Source: Lama guanicoe (Eukaryota). Taken from it: a DNA stretch of 64,000 nt. Shown here one piece after another: positions 14,459 through 27,231 of the stretch. The DNA lies in the NCBI GenBank assembly GCA_013239625.1, contig MU055785.1, positions 7,130,001 through 7,194,000 of the forward strand, in the 5' to 3' direction. The first letter of the stretch is position 1. Each line of letters begins with the position of its first letter. The notes under the pieces were generated by a model. That model saw only the letters and a list, made by a program, of their open reading frames with translations, was not told the DNA's origin and did no database searches. Made by a program: the position numbers and the translations under genes.

Positions 14459-14768
14459 TCATGGGGACTTGTGGCCTCTCTTAACAAGTGTGATGGTGTC
14501 ACAATCCTTGAGGTGCAGGTCTGAGAGGCTATTTTGATGGCACAGTTTATCCTCCACATAAGGTCCTCCAGCCTCTTCAGTGTTCTTTTCCAAGTCACAG
14601 CTGGAGTCATCAGGGCCCATGCCATAAGGCTTGCTCTGGTGGCTGGAGTCCATCATGAAGGCCTGGATCTCGGGAGGGAATGTCTGCAGCACCCGGACAC
14701 TCACTTTAGAGAAGACCCTGTATCTGCCAGGGTCCACCAGCTGCTGAGCAGTGCTGCTCCCCTCCAGG
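14459..14768 (-). pseudogene. OASL2P: OASL2-like pseudogene remnant: terminal ubiquitin-like exon
   Basis: Frameshifted translation PGGEQ.LLSSWWTLA.YRVFSKVSVRVLQTFPPEIQAF...PYGMGPD...IE/TEEAGGP...LKDCDTITLVK matches the tandem UBL tail of OASL/Oasl2. It lies upstream of OASL in the same orientation, its 5' part is replaced by L1-derived sequence, and no other OASL2 exons are seen. Confidence 0.75.
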
Positions 14769-14989
14769 CAGGAGGGGAAGGAGAGACAGTGCTGCCCACT
14801 GAGGGCACATGTCCTCTTGTTTTCGTCATTTTGCCTTTCCCAGAATGTCATATAGTTGGAATCATTCAGTGTGCAGTCTTTTCAGACTGGCTTCTTTCAA
14901 TTAGCAATAGGCATTTAAGCTTCCTCCATGTTTTTTCATCACCACCAGCTTCATCCATCACCACCAGCTTCATCCATTACCACCCATAG

Positions 14990-16350
14990 TTACAAATTAC
15001 TATTATTTTTCTTGTGATGAGAGCTTTTAAGATCTACTCTCTTTGAAACTTTCAAATACACAACACAGTATTGTAAACTATAGTCACCACGCTGAACAGT
15101 ACACCCCCAGGACTTATTTAGCTTATAACTAGAAGTTTGTACCGTTTGACCACTTCCAGCTACTTCAACCACTTCCCACCTCTGGCAACCACTGATCTGT
15201 TCTATGTATCTATGAGGTTGTTTTCTTTTCCTTTTTTAAGGTTGTACATATAAGCTATTTCATACACTATTTTTCTTTCTCCGTTTGACTTAATGCACTT
15301 AGCATAATGCCCTCGAGGATCGATCGGTGTTGTCACAAATGGCAGGATTTCCTCCTTTTTATGTGGTGAATAAAATTCCATCGTGTATATATACACCACC
15401 TCTCCTTTATCTGTTCATGTGTTGATGGACACTAAGTTGTTTCCATGTCTTGATTTGCCCACTTTAAAATCAGATTTTTTTTTTTTTTGCTGTTGATTTG
15501 TATGAGTTCCTTGTAGATTTGGGATATTCACCTCTTACCGTATACACGATTTGCAAATATTTTTTCCCTTTCCTAGGTTGCTTTTTCATTTTGTTGATTG
15601 TTTAGCTCGCTCTCCAGAAGCTTTTCAGTTTGACAGAGTAACATTGCTTTTTGTTTTTATTGCTTGTGCTTTTGGTGTCATATCCAAAAAACTATCACCA
15701 AGACCAAAGTTAAGGAGCTTTTTCTTTACACTCTCTTCTAGGAGTTTTCCAGTTTCAGGGCTTACATTTAAGTCTTCAAACCATGGCAAGTTAATTTTTA
15801 AAAAAAATTTTTGGTGGAGGCAATTTATTTGCTTATTTTTAGAGGAGGTGCTGGGGATTGAACCCACGACCTTGTGCATGCTAAGCATGTGCTCTACCAC
15901 TTGAGCTATACCCTCCCCCTTAAGACAATTTTTATAGGTGGTGTTAGATAGTGGTCCAGTTTCATTCTTTGGCATGTGGCTGTCCAGTCTTCCCAGCATC
16001 ATTTACTGAAAAGACTGTCTTTTCTCTGTTGAGTATTCTCAGAGATCCCTTGTCAATTAGTTGCACCTGTGTGGGTTTATTTCTGGGCTGTTAATTCTGT
16101 CCCATTGGTGTCTGTGTCAGTATTCATGCCAGTACCATACTATTTTGATTACTGTAACTTTCCAGTATAGTTTGAAATCAGGAAAGCAATGCCTCCAGCT
16201 TTGTTCTCAGGATTGCTGTGGCTATTCGAAATCTACTGCAGTTCTGTACAAATTTGGGGATTGTTTTTTCTGCTTATGTAAAAAAAAAATGCCATTGGAA
16301 TTTTGATAGGGATTGCACTGAATCTGCAGACTGCTTGGGTAGTATGGACA
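14990..16350 (-). mobile_element. LINE-1 3' fragments, interrupted by a SINE
   Basis: Minus-strand translations resemble the L1 ORF2 C-terminus (KEEILPFVTT; EDLNVSPETGKLLEESV..KLLNFGLGDSFLDMTPKAQAIK) and L1 3'UTR. Confidence 0.8.
15815..15920 (-). mobile_element. tRNA-derived SINE (camelid Vic-1-like), nested in L1
   Basis: Reverse complement ggggagggtatagctcaagtggtagagcacatgcttagcatgcacaagg..gttcaatcccc. Confidence 0.8.
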
Positions 16351-16779
16351 TGTACTTGCTGGGTAAGATGTATGTATACATGATTTGCCTAAGACTTATT
16401 GAAAGCAACAAAAAGTCAAACTGCTACGTTAGAAAACAGTAAACATGTGGAATGTGGGCTCCTGGTGTACAGTCGGGATGGTCCAGCCTCCTCCAGGTCA
16501 GAGAGGTGGGTGAGAAACAGCAATTCCAACAGACCAGGATGATCCTCCCTGCTTACCCCTCCCCCTGGGCCCACATTATCCTGGGCTGCATCTTTTAAAG
16601 CCCAAACACACTTTTAATGTCCACGTGTTAGTCCTTCTAGCCATCAGCTATGCTTCTCTCCACACCCCATGAGCCGGGTCACAGGAGACTGTAAACACGT
16701 CTGGTTTCCCGTGTCACCACTCATACAAGCCAGTGCTTTTTCACATTTGATCGACAGACTGCAGACTGAGAATTATGCA

Positions 16780-19700
16780 AAAGAACAAGAACAAAACTTT
16801 ATTATAAGTTATAAAGGCGACACGAGGGTCGTGGGGGGAAAATGGGGAGAGGGGAGGAGTCAGCTGTAGGCAACAGGGGTGTCCCCCCGCTCTAGGACCC
16901 GAGGGGACAGGACAAGGGCCTTTGTCCTGAGCACTCTGACCACTGGGATGAGACAACAGCCTCAAATCAAGCATCTTTGGGAACAAGATCGTAGGCAGGG
17001 AGCGGGCACAGAATGCTGTACAGAGGGTGCCCAGGCTGCCCCAGGATTACCGAGGTTAGGACTAGACTTGTGCTTCACATCCAAATGGGGCCTACACAAG
17101 GTCCAGCCTGGAAGGAGGATGGACACTGATGCCTCTCCCCAGAGTTAACAGTTCAGGCCATCACTCGCCTCTTCGACCCCAAGGGAGTGGATCCCAAGCT
17201 GGAGGAAACTGACTTGGTTGGCCGCTCAGCAGTTTTGTGTCCAACCAAGGCCTGGACGGGTGATGAGGGGGCCCTCACAGCAAGACTGCTCCTTGCTGGG
17301 CCCGCTGAGGAGGCAGGGCTGCTGGCAGAGGCCAGGACAGACACGCCCCTAAGGGCAGCCTTGCTGGGGGTGGTGCCGTCCCTCGGCTGGCAGTAAAGGG
17401 GCTCTGCCTGGGTGCGCCCCCGGGCATGTGACTTAAGATGGGGGCAGTGGGGCCTCCACATCCAGGCTGGTTCTTAGTGCTGGGTCCTGTGGGCAGCATG
17501 GGGGTGCTCTGGCGAGGAGGGCCCTGGGCGCTCAGGCCCACGCTTCCCCTGCAGCAGTGTGTGGTGCTCGGGTTCCCCTTTGCTCCTCCTGTAATGCTGA
17601 GAGCTGCAAAGGGGCAGCTCAGATCTAGGTCGGCCACTTGGCTCCTGAAGCCTTTAGATGCTGCCGAGACCTCGAACCTGAAGGGGGCTGGGCTTGAGAT
17701 GGCAGATGTTGAGCAGTGCCCGCAAGTGTGGGGTCCAGCCCTGGTCACAGTGCTGGGCACGTAGGTGGCAGCTGCAGAGCCGGGGGGAATACAGTCGAGG
17801 TGGCAGCAAAGATCGGTTGGGTGCTGGCGCGGGTGCCCACAGAGGAGTTTGTGGGTGATGGAGCATCAGAAGATGCTTGAGGGGGGGCAAGGGTAGCGGA
17901 CCTGGAGCAGAGAATGCGTCCCAGGTTGGGGCTGGAGCTGGCCATTTTCCGTACTGGGGACAGCTGTCACAGGCAGTGGCTCTGCGCTGCTGCCCATCAG
18001 GGGCTGCAAAGATGGGCTCGGCAGAGGCTCCAGGGGTAACAGGAAGTCTCAAAGGTGGGCTGGGTTCGTATAACATGAGCGCAAACAGGCAGGCAGTGAG
18101 GGTGACTAAGGCTATACCATCACTGGGGGTGTCTGCAGGGACTGCATAGATGGGAAGGTGCTCCCACTGGAGATAGGGGGAGCCCCCAAAACAAGAGGTT
18201 GGGAGGGTGGAGTGGTGTCCATTGGGGTGACCTCAGTGTTCAGAGCGGTGGTGACTAAGTCCATGCTACCACTGGGGGATGTCTGCAGGGTCTGCATAGA
18301 TGGGAAGATGCTCCCATCAGAGATAGGGAGAGCCCCCAAGAGGAGATGCTGGGAGGGTGGGGTATTGTCCATGGGGGTGACCTCAGTGTCCAGAGCGGTG
18401 GTGACTAAGTCCATGCTATCACTGCGGGCGTCTGCAGAGCCTGCATAGATGGGAAGATGCTTCCACTAGAGGCAGGGGGAGCCCTCAAGAGGAGAGATGC
18501 TGGGAGTGTGGAGTGGTGTCCATGGGTGTGACCTCAGTGTGTGGAGCTGGCGGAGGAGCCAGGTCTGCAGAGGTACTGGTCCAGGGGCTGGAACTGACAG
18601 CAGAGGTGATCAGCAGGCTGGTGGGGGGAGGGGCACTAGGGTTGGTGATGGCGGGGACTCTGTGAGGCGAGGACAGGAGAGTCTATACACATGGGTGAGG
18701 GGGACTCCGTTCTGGAGGTGCTGGGGGCTGCAGGGAAGGCAGATATGGCACCGACTGCAGCGGGGACAGTGGCCTTGGGTGGTAAAGGGCCTCCTCCTGC
18801 CCCCTTCTTAGGAGGCTCCCAGATGGGCTTCAACTTGAAGCGGAGGAGGGAAGCCTAGCAGCAGCGGGAGCAAGCCAGTCAGCAGCTGCCAGGCCTGGGG
18901 CAGAGGGGGAGCAGAGCCCGAGGGGCCTGGGGGCCCAACAGACAGGTCAGCCCTGTCTGACACCAGGTCAACAAGGCGAGTGGGGCTGAGGGCTGTGAGT
19001 GTGAAGAGGTGCCTGGAAGGGGCTGTGACAGGGAGAGGAGGAGGCCTGGTGAGCTGTGCTTCCTCTCAGACAAAGGATGCACCGAGGTGGCCCCTCCAGC
19101 AGATGCCCGGATGTTCACTGGGGCTGGGGGGGGGTCCTGCCTCCCCCTGCATCCCTCTAGCGGTGGATTCCTGCTGGGGGCTGGAGGGACAGCGGGCAGA
19201 GGAGCAGCCTCTGAGGCAGGCAGGAGGAAGGAACAGGAAGGTTGTGCGGTGCTGGTGCCGCAGCCCCAAATGGCCTGGGTCTCACCCCGCAGCATAGCTG
19301 TTGATGTGCTGGAATGCTGGCTTCCTTCTCCAAGTCTAGGTCTTCAGCGGTGACTCAGAAACCCAGTTCAGAGGGTAGGGGCAGCCTCAGGGGCTCCTCT
19401 TGCCTGTGTGGCAACAGGAATCCTGCGTCTTCAGGGCCTGGGCCCATCAGATGTGAGTGAGCAGTTCTTTCAGGCTCTTTTCTGCCCTCTTGTTCCATGT
19501 GCATCCTAGTCAGGCTGGTTCTTCTGCTGGGAAACCACCTGAGCTGCAGAGGGAGGCTGAGGGCTCTCCTCTCTTCTTTTCTTTGAGGACTTTGGGGGCA
19601 ACCAGGTGTGTGCAGGACCCCTCTTCCTCTGCACTGGCGGGAAGCCTCGGGTGGAACTGTATGAGCCCCTGATGGCATTTCTTTGGCAGAGGAGTTCATA

Positions 19701-20394
19701 GAGGAGGTCTGGGATTTCTTGTTGGATCTGTCTTCTAAGCTCTTGGTGTGGAGGTTTCTCTGTAGAGACCCAGGACTTGACATGTGAAGCAAGAGAGGCC
19801 TCTTGGACCCACAGGTGCCTCATTTCAGGTTGTTCACCCCTAGTGCCATGTGGGCTCCTCTGATCCTCCTTCCTCTCTGATTGCCGGGTCTTTCTCCTGC
19901 TTGGCCATCCCTTTCCTGCTCTTACCAAGGGCCCTCCATATCATCTCCGCGCACGAGTCCCGGGCACACCTGGGTGATGTGGGCAGCTTAGGGGTGAGTA
20001 GCTGTTCCTGCACAGCACAGACAGTAACTGTGCCCACTGAAGTCACTGAGCTGCAGGACATCATGGAGGTCTGAGCACATAGCACCGCCTTCCTCTGATG
20101 GCCTCGCCTGCAGATGGAGCTAAGTATGCCCAGAAAGGAGCGCAGGGTCTGCGAGATCATCGAATGTGGTCTCAGAGATGCTATGACCAAGCGTGGATGC
20201 AAAGTCACTGGATACTTATAGGCTGGCCTGCAAGTGGCTAGCAGCTCATGGACAGCTGGGTGACCTGGACAAGCCGGGGGAAATCGGCGAGCAGGGGGAG
20301 CGGGCTAGAGGCAGCCGAGCCCTCCTGGCAGGTGCTGGCCCCCCGGTGCCCCGGGCAGGGCCGAGGGGCAAGATCTGCCCAAGTAACTGCCTAT
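16780..20394 (-). pseudogene. Intronless POM121-like (POM121L-type) retro-pseudogene
   Basis: Broken ORFs give POM121 motifs: (I)GSYLGRS (ATG>ATA at 20394), PGSLQRNLHTKSLEDRSNKKSQTSSMNS, RNAIRGSYSSTRGF, LLPHRQEEPLRLPLPSELGF, KPIWEPPK, PAPFRF. Several frameshifts and stops, last stop near 17153, AATAAA at 16803-16798. Confidence 0.85.
18102..18540. repeat. About 3 tandem copies of a 150-bp (50-codon) unit inside the POM121-like sequence
   Basis: gtgactaag recurs at 18102, 18251 and 18401; the translation repeats MDLVTTAL(D/N)TEVTPMD(N/T)TPPSQ. Confidence 0.9.
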
Positions 20395-20530
20395 AGAGCA
20401 CTTGGATAAGGTCAGTCCTTGGATAGAGAATTGGGCTCTGAGCTCTGCCCTTTAGCTGCCAACTTTGTCAAAGGCCAAGCACACTGGCCTGTTGCCGGGA
20501 CGCAGCTCTGTAACCTGTGAGCATAGAATG

Positions 20531-20800
20531 TGCGCTTGTGCACAGGGCCCACGCGGGACGGCGCATGCGCAGAAGACACGGTAGGGGGTGGGGGGTGGCC
20601 CAGGGCTGTATACGTGGGGATGTGCCCACAGCCCACCCCGCCCACCCTTCCCCCAACCCTTTGGCGCTTCCGAGTCTCCTGCAGTCCGTGAATTAGAGGC
20701 TTTTGCCTTGAGGACGATGAGCGTCTACCCTGGCAGGGCCCCAGAGCTGTCTGGGAACTAACTGTACAGGACGCCCCCCCACCCCGCCCCGCCCCCCGGC
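20531..20800. promoter_or_regulatory. CpG-rich promoter-like region with NRF1 motif(s) and a GC box upstream of the POM121-like retrocopy
   Basis: GCGCATGCGCA at 20561-20571, TGCGCTTGTGCA at 20531-20542, CCCCGCCCCGCCCC near 20783. Confidence 0.5.
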
Positions 20801-21883
20801 AGAGCGGGAATTGCTGGGGAGCAGGGTACCTGGCTCAGCGGCCGCTGCAGAAGGTAGCAGCTTTGGCATCAGCGCCTGTCCATCCTCTCGCCCTTTCCCT
20901 GGGTGCCATCGGAGGGGAACGCCGCTCAGAAGTGCCCATGCCACCGAGATCCTGCTAGGGTGGCAACTGAAGTGGCGGCTGGGGTAGCCTGGGAGGGACA
21001 TATATACTATATATATTTCCCAGTGTCTGTGGGAGAGCAGGAGCCTAACTTTGATGGGTACTAAATAGCACAGAGAGATGTCTTCATCACCAAGAAAAAC
21101 CATTGCAAACTCGGGCATAACTCAATGTGCTGGACACACTCCATAGATCAACCTCACCTCAGCACTGAAAACTCCCCTGCCTTTTGTTTCAGGGAAGCTG
21201 AGCTCAGACTGAGTCCTGGCCTTTTCCCCTTATTGCAATAGCCTTAGATATCATCTTCCTTGTCTGTTTAAACTTTCTTGGGTGCAATTTTTGCTTTGAT
21301 GAAAGTAAAGGGTAGAAGACTTACAGCAATATAGACTTTCTTACCCTTTGGCCTTTATGTTATAGTAGCCATGTGTAATATATCAACATGAACTGAACTT
21401 CACCTTCTGAGACTGGGGTATCACTTTTTAATTCAAATGTCACATATATAATAAAAGAATTGCAGAGGAGAAAAATAGGCTATCTCATTTATCCAGATGG
21501 TACTTCTGGTGCTTTGTTCCTTTCCTCCTGAAGCTCTGATTTTAGAAACTCTTGTGTCACTTGACTTCAACCTGAAGAAGTTCCTTTCTCATCATTTTGT
21601 ATTGAGTTACCCGATAATGAACTTTTTTGTTTCACCTTCACCAGACTTGGCTTTATTTTCACGTTTGTTTTGCCGTCAATTTTGGAGGAGATCTTTGCTA
21701 CATTAGTGTCCTGGGTTACTAGTTCTTTTCTTTCAGTTGTTGAAAGACCTTATTCCCGCTTCTGTTTTCAGGTGAGAAATCACAGGTCTTGAAACTGACA
21801 TTCTTTTATGTATAACTGACTGCTTTCAAGATTTTTCTTTACCTTTGATTTTTTTCGCAAGTCAATTAAAATGTGTCATGTTC

Positions 21884-22010
21884 AGGGGGAGGGTAGAGCT
21901 CAGTGGTAGAGTGCATTCTTAGCATACACATGGACCTGGGTTCAATCCCAAGTACCTCTGTCAAAAATAAAGAAACCTAACCACCCCCATCAAACAAACA
22001 AAGAAAAAAG
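21884..22010 (+). mobile_element. tRNA-derived SINE (camelid Vic-1-like)
   Basis: ggggagggtagagctcagtggtagag..gggttcaatccc. Confidence 0.75.
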
Positions 22011-23278
22011 ACCCCAGCAGATTGTCGCTGACATCCATCCATCTATCTACACACACGCATGCACACACACACAAGAAGTGTCAGGTTGAAGGCTTTCTAA
22101 TTCTGTTGGAAATGAATGCCAACATTGGACACTCCTCAGGTTGTCAGAAATCCTGAGGTTGTCACTGGATCTCTCTAGCCAGTGGAAAGTGAAAATAATT
22201 GAGCAGGTAGACAGAATGCATGGCCCAATCAGAGCAGGCGCCCATATATTCCTTTTGCATTTAAGTTGGTTTATCTCTGCTCTTTCCACAGTCAATAAAA
22301 TCTTTCCACAGAAATTTTTCCTGAACTCCCAATTCAGGATTCAATAAATGACCCATCTTAATCCATATCCTGTCTCATGGTAGTTCACTTATTAACAAAT
22401 TTTGAATGAGGAAAATAAGCAACCTAAGACAAATGGGCAGTATAATTTTGAAGTACTTAGCTTTTTTCCCATCTGTATTGCCCACATCCTATCCCAAGTC
22501 AGTTAGACACACATTAGTATTATATTTCCTCCCTAGAAATCTAAGGAAAATGGCAAGATTGTGTTACATATCTTGAGGAAATCAACATTAGAAATAGGTG
22601 GTTTGCCTACAACAGAGATTCAACTTGAGGCTTCATTATGACAAAAAGTTCTTGAACTTGGGCCAGGGTTAAGAGGAGGTGGGAAATGTAACCGAACAGG
22701 ACCCTATGGGGGCTTCCTGGGACAAACTCCACCCCACCAGGGCTTCTGCCTGCTTGTTCGAAAAAAAAAAAACTTTAGCCTCCCAGGCCCTCCCCAAATT
22801 TCAAAGAATAAATTTAATACATTTAATCAGAAGAGAAGGGGACACTGGGTGGAGGTTCTTACCTGGCAATTTCAGCATCCTTGGGTTCACCTAGAAGACG
22901 AGCTCTCAGCTAAGGCTTCAAATCTGTGATCTTGGAAATCAACATCCTCCGCTGCCAACTGAGCCTGATGCAGTTCTTCCAAGAAATCTCAGAGCATAGA
23001 GGACCCCCCATGAGGGTCCTTCTGCGGTAAACTGATGCAGTGAAGACAGCAGATGTGTCCGTGTTTCACGTACCTGGGTGTGTGGTCTTTTCTGTTTGCC
23101 AACCAGGACTGAGTCGCCAAATTAGCTAACCAGGTGTCCACAATTCAATTCTGACACTAACTACCTACAGCTGGAGTCAGACCCCACAGGTTTAAGGGTT
23201 CAGTTCTACAAGACTGCCTCCACCTTCAGATGCCAGTCACAAATGGGGTATTCAAGCTACTCACTACCTACCTGACCC

Positions 23279-23444
23279 NNNNNNNNNNNNNNNNNNNNNN
23301 NNNNNNNNNNNNNNNNNNNNNNNNNNNNNNNNNNNNNNNNNNNNNNNNNNNNNNNNNNNNNNNNNNNNNNNNNNNNNNNNNNNNNNNNNNNNNNNNNNNN
23401 NNNNNNNNNNNNNNNNNNNNNNNNNNNNNNNNNNNNNNNNNNNN
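23279..23444. other. Assembly gap (N run)
   Basis: Run of N, flanked on both sides by LTR-like repeat sequence. Confidence 1.
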
Positions 23445-24242
23445 TGGAGAGTTTCCAGCCCAGAACAACAATGTATCCGTCAAACTAGAAGATTCCCTGA
23501 ATCTCTTTCAAGAGTTTTTATAGCCCAGTCTTCAGGCCTCTCCCCTCACAGATGGCCAATGTTCTAGATCCTTGAACCAACTGCATCTTTGATCTCTCTG
23601 GTGACCAGCCCCATCCTGATGCAATCTCAACACCCTCCCCCATCACCTTATTAGCATCATAAACACAGGTGCAGTCCCAAGGAATTCAGGAAATTCCAAG
23701 GGCCTTTAGGAGCCCCGTGCCAGGAACCAGGGATGAAGAAGAAATGTATTGTTTATTATGCCACAAAGGGCTTCTCAAAAGAGGCAAGGCAGAAAGGACT
23801 TCCCCTTGTGTCTTCCAAGGTGGCTTCTCGAAGGAATAGTAGCTGGATAGGTTAATGAGATCAGTTGCAATTTAAATGTTATTGTTTCCTGAAAGCCTTT
23901 CATCCTTAACATGGAAATAGTTCACATGTCCTCATTTAATGTCATTTCTAGTTTTAAGCAATGAGCACACAAAATAAAGGGTACACAGTCCAAACCTAGG
24001 GAGATTTGAAATGTGCGATTTGGAATCAAAGTCTAGAATCATCTCTGGGCTTTGAGCTGAGGTGGAAGGAGAGTAGCCAAACTTAACAGCGTCTCCAGCT
24101 CCACCTGCAGCTCCTGCCTGGCTGGGACATGACCCCGGAGCAGAGTTGAGTTCAAGGGGTAAAAGAAGGGGGCACAACTTTCCATCTTCTACATGAGCGC
24201 TCACCAAAAATTATATCATGCCAGGTGTTTTGTGGAAAAATG

Positions 24243-24769
24243 TGTTACAGCTCAGTTGTGACAGCAACCTGGATCCGGGAAAGAGACCAAGCAGCACTTA
24301 AGAGGGTTGGAGAACTCAGGTTTATTTCACCAGGGGGCCCAGAGCAGTGGACACTTCTAGCTCTGGATCCCGTCAGTAGGGTTACACAGGCCTTTTATAG
24401 GCTGCCAGTTTTACACTTTGCAACATCATATGCAAATAAAGTATAACAGAAGTTGACCAACCAGGAACAAGCTTTGTAGAAGTAGCCCAATCAGGAGTGA
24501 GCTCCATGCAAATGAAGTACTACAAATGGACCAATCAGAAGTGAGAGTAATAACCAATTAGGAGTGAGAGTAATAACCAATCAGGAGTGAAGGAAATAAC
24601 TAATCAGAAGTGAGCTCAGGGAACCAATAGAATTCTAGGTTTAAGTTAGCCGTTTTAGAGGCAAAAAGTGAGGTAAAGTCTCTGGGCCAGGGAACCAGAC
24701 GGTGCTGGGAGGAGAGCAGCGGCCCTGCCTGTGGGTCCTGCTGGTATTTTTACGGGGCTTCCTGCCTCA
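24243..24769 (-). mobile_element. Solo ERV LTR with tandem CCAAT boxes
   Basis: TG...CA ends on the minus strand, repeated ccaatcaggagtgag units, TATA (cctataaaa) and AATAAA; homologous to 39486-40044. Confidence 0.75.
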
Positions 24770-27213
24770 GGTGCACATGTAATTTTGAATATTCTAATAA
24801 ACAGACCAGGAAAATGAAAAATGAAATGGTTGAAGTGAATGCAAATTTTTTTTTAATTCAATAGAGGCAAAAATGTTATAATTTCTACATGTGGTCACAT
24901 TTCAAGGGCTCCACAGCCACACGGAGCTAGTTGCTGCCATGTTGGGTAGCACAGACATAGATCATGTCCATCACAGAAATTTATACTGGACAGTCTGTTC
25001 AGAATATATATCCCAGGCTACTTTCATTTATGAAAATGATGAAATAATCCACTCCTTCAGGGTGGGTATTGAAAATCACATCTAGGCATAGTTCTCCTAA
25101 ACACAGTGTCTGACAAAGTTTGCATACATATTGCCAGATATAGGGTTGGTACTCAGTAATGGGTTAATTTTTTTTTTTAATGGAGGTACTGGGGATTGAC
25201 CCAGGACTTCATGCATGCTAAGCACTCGCTATACCACTGAGCTATACTCTCCCCACCCCAGTAATTTTTTAAAAACTTTTTTTTTTTGAGTTATAGTCAT
25301 TTTACAATGTTGTGTCAAATTCCAGTATAGAGCACAATTTTCAGTTATACATGAACATACATATATTCATTGTCACATTCTTTTTTGCTGTGAGCTACCA
25401 CAAGATCTTGTATATATTTCCCTGTGCTATACAGTATAATCTTGTTTATCTAACCACCATTTCTTAATGTTGGCATTTTGCGTGTTCCGTTGACTTTCTT
25501 TTGGTCATTTCAAGTTTGGAAATATTCACAAACACACAAGAGTAGTGAGAATCATGGGCTTTACTTCTGAGATAGGAAATCACAAATAATTCATATATAA
25601 TCATAATACTTTCCCCTTCTCGATGGTATACCATGACTCATATCAATTTCCTTGGTTTTCTTCTTTGTATGATGTACAATCAAGTTTGCTCCTTTCAACT
25701 TCATAATTTTTTAAAACTCAGCACTTGTTTATTCTCTCAATTTTTAAAAGTTCATCCCGTGGTAAAACCTCTGGGGAAAAAAGCTCAAAAAAGAAAAATA
25801 AAAAGAAGACAATGTGTTTTAAAGGTAAACTCATCTTTAGAAAAAAATCAGTTTTGTTCCTTTAAATAGGCATCAGAGAAGACCATAAATAGAAATGAAT
25901 TGGCCAAAATGGATACTTTCTAAATCAGAAAACCTTGGCATTGATATGTCTGAAAGTGTTGACTTGAAAAAAATAGATATTCCTCCAGCAAAGATGGGTT
26001 TATTTGGGATCAGCAGAGAAGTGCAGTTTAGGGTCTGGAACCATGGTGAGGCACGTGCAAATGCCCTAAGTGTGAGAGAAGGAGACCGATTTTATAGAGA
26101 GGACAAGGAAGTGGGGAGTTCATGGCTCGTTGCCTGAGTCCTTGCCAGCAAAGAAGAGGAGTCTTTCTTCTTATTGGGCTCTGCTCTGGTCACAGGGCAT
26201 GAGAACACCCGCTCTGGTCTCTCAACTCTATTTAATTGAGGTTTCTATTAATTTGTTACAAAAGCATCATGGTCAGGATTTGAAAGCAAGCCTCATCTTC
26301 TGCAGGTGTCCCCGATGAATGAAACCATGAACAAAGGAACATAGGGTACATCTGTCTGGGTCATAAATAAGTGTGAGTGGGTAAATACCACCCACTTAGT
26401 CAATGGATACAATTATGTTATTAATTCAGAATTTATTTTTCAGCTTAAAACAATAGCCATTTACCATCACATAGTTCTGTAAGTCAGAAGTCCCTTCTGG
26501 CTAACTGGGTTTCTTACTCAGGTCAGGGAGTGTGAGGCTGTTCGAGTTCTTCAACTGTTAAGGAGATGTCACCTGGAGAACCAGGAGAGTGCAGGGAGGC
26601 AGAAAACCAGGAGAAAATAGACAGCAAATCAGACTGATTTCAAGTGATTAAATTCAATTATATGTCAAGCCAACAGTAGTTGTTCATTGTTTACTATTGA
26701 CTTGATATCCCTTGCAGTTCATAACCAAGATCACGGCCACACACTCAGTTCTCTGCTAAGTTCATAGATGATTCTAAACCACCACCACCAACAAAATAGT
26801 GACAGATTATTTAAGGAATATTTATAAATTGTCCTGGGAGAGCAACATAAAGCAATGCTTTGTCCTGGGACAAAAGAAAAGATTCCTAGAGGAAGGAATA
26901 GTTAGTTGATTGGGGCGTTGGGGGTGGTCAAGTCGCACTGGCCATGTCATTCAGGGGTAAATGTTCCCAGGGAGAAGGAAGGCTGAACGTTTACTTGTGG
27001 ATTTAATCCGCTGTCATTTTGTAAACAATCCTGTCGGGAGCATGTAGTCAGGATATCCCTGGTTATCAAGAGACAGAGACATATACAGAAGTGAGCAGCT
27101 GCAGGGTCAAACGGGTCCTTGTCTTCTGGTGGGCGTTTCATAAAGTAGCATCTAGGAAGCAGGGAGCCTGGATCAGAACGGGGAGGAGCGACGTCCTTTC
27201 ATATACTTTGACA

Positions 27214-27231
27214 TAGCGCCACCTAGAGGGC
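27214..27231 (-). promoter_or_regulatory. CTCF motif
   Basis: Reverse complement GCCCTCTAGGTGGCGCTA is a near-consensus CTCF core. Confidence 0.6.

Noticed and set aside
23279-23444. The N gap as the OAS/OASL junction (a scaffold misjoin)
   Set aside because: Both flanks look like parts of one LTR-type repeat, and OAS2 homology already ends 4.5 kb away in continuous sequence. Considered less likely but not excluded.
24460-24630. Short periodic repeats resembling a CRISPR array
   Set aside because: The context is eukaryotic, the units are CCAAT-box tandem repeats of an LTR, and there are no unique spacers.
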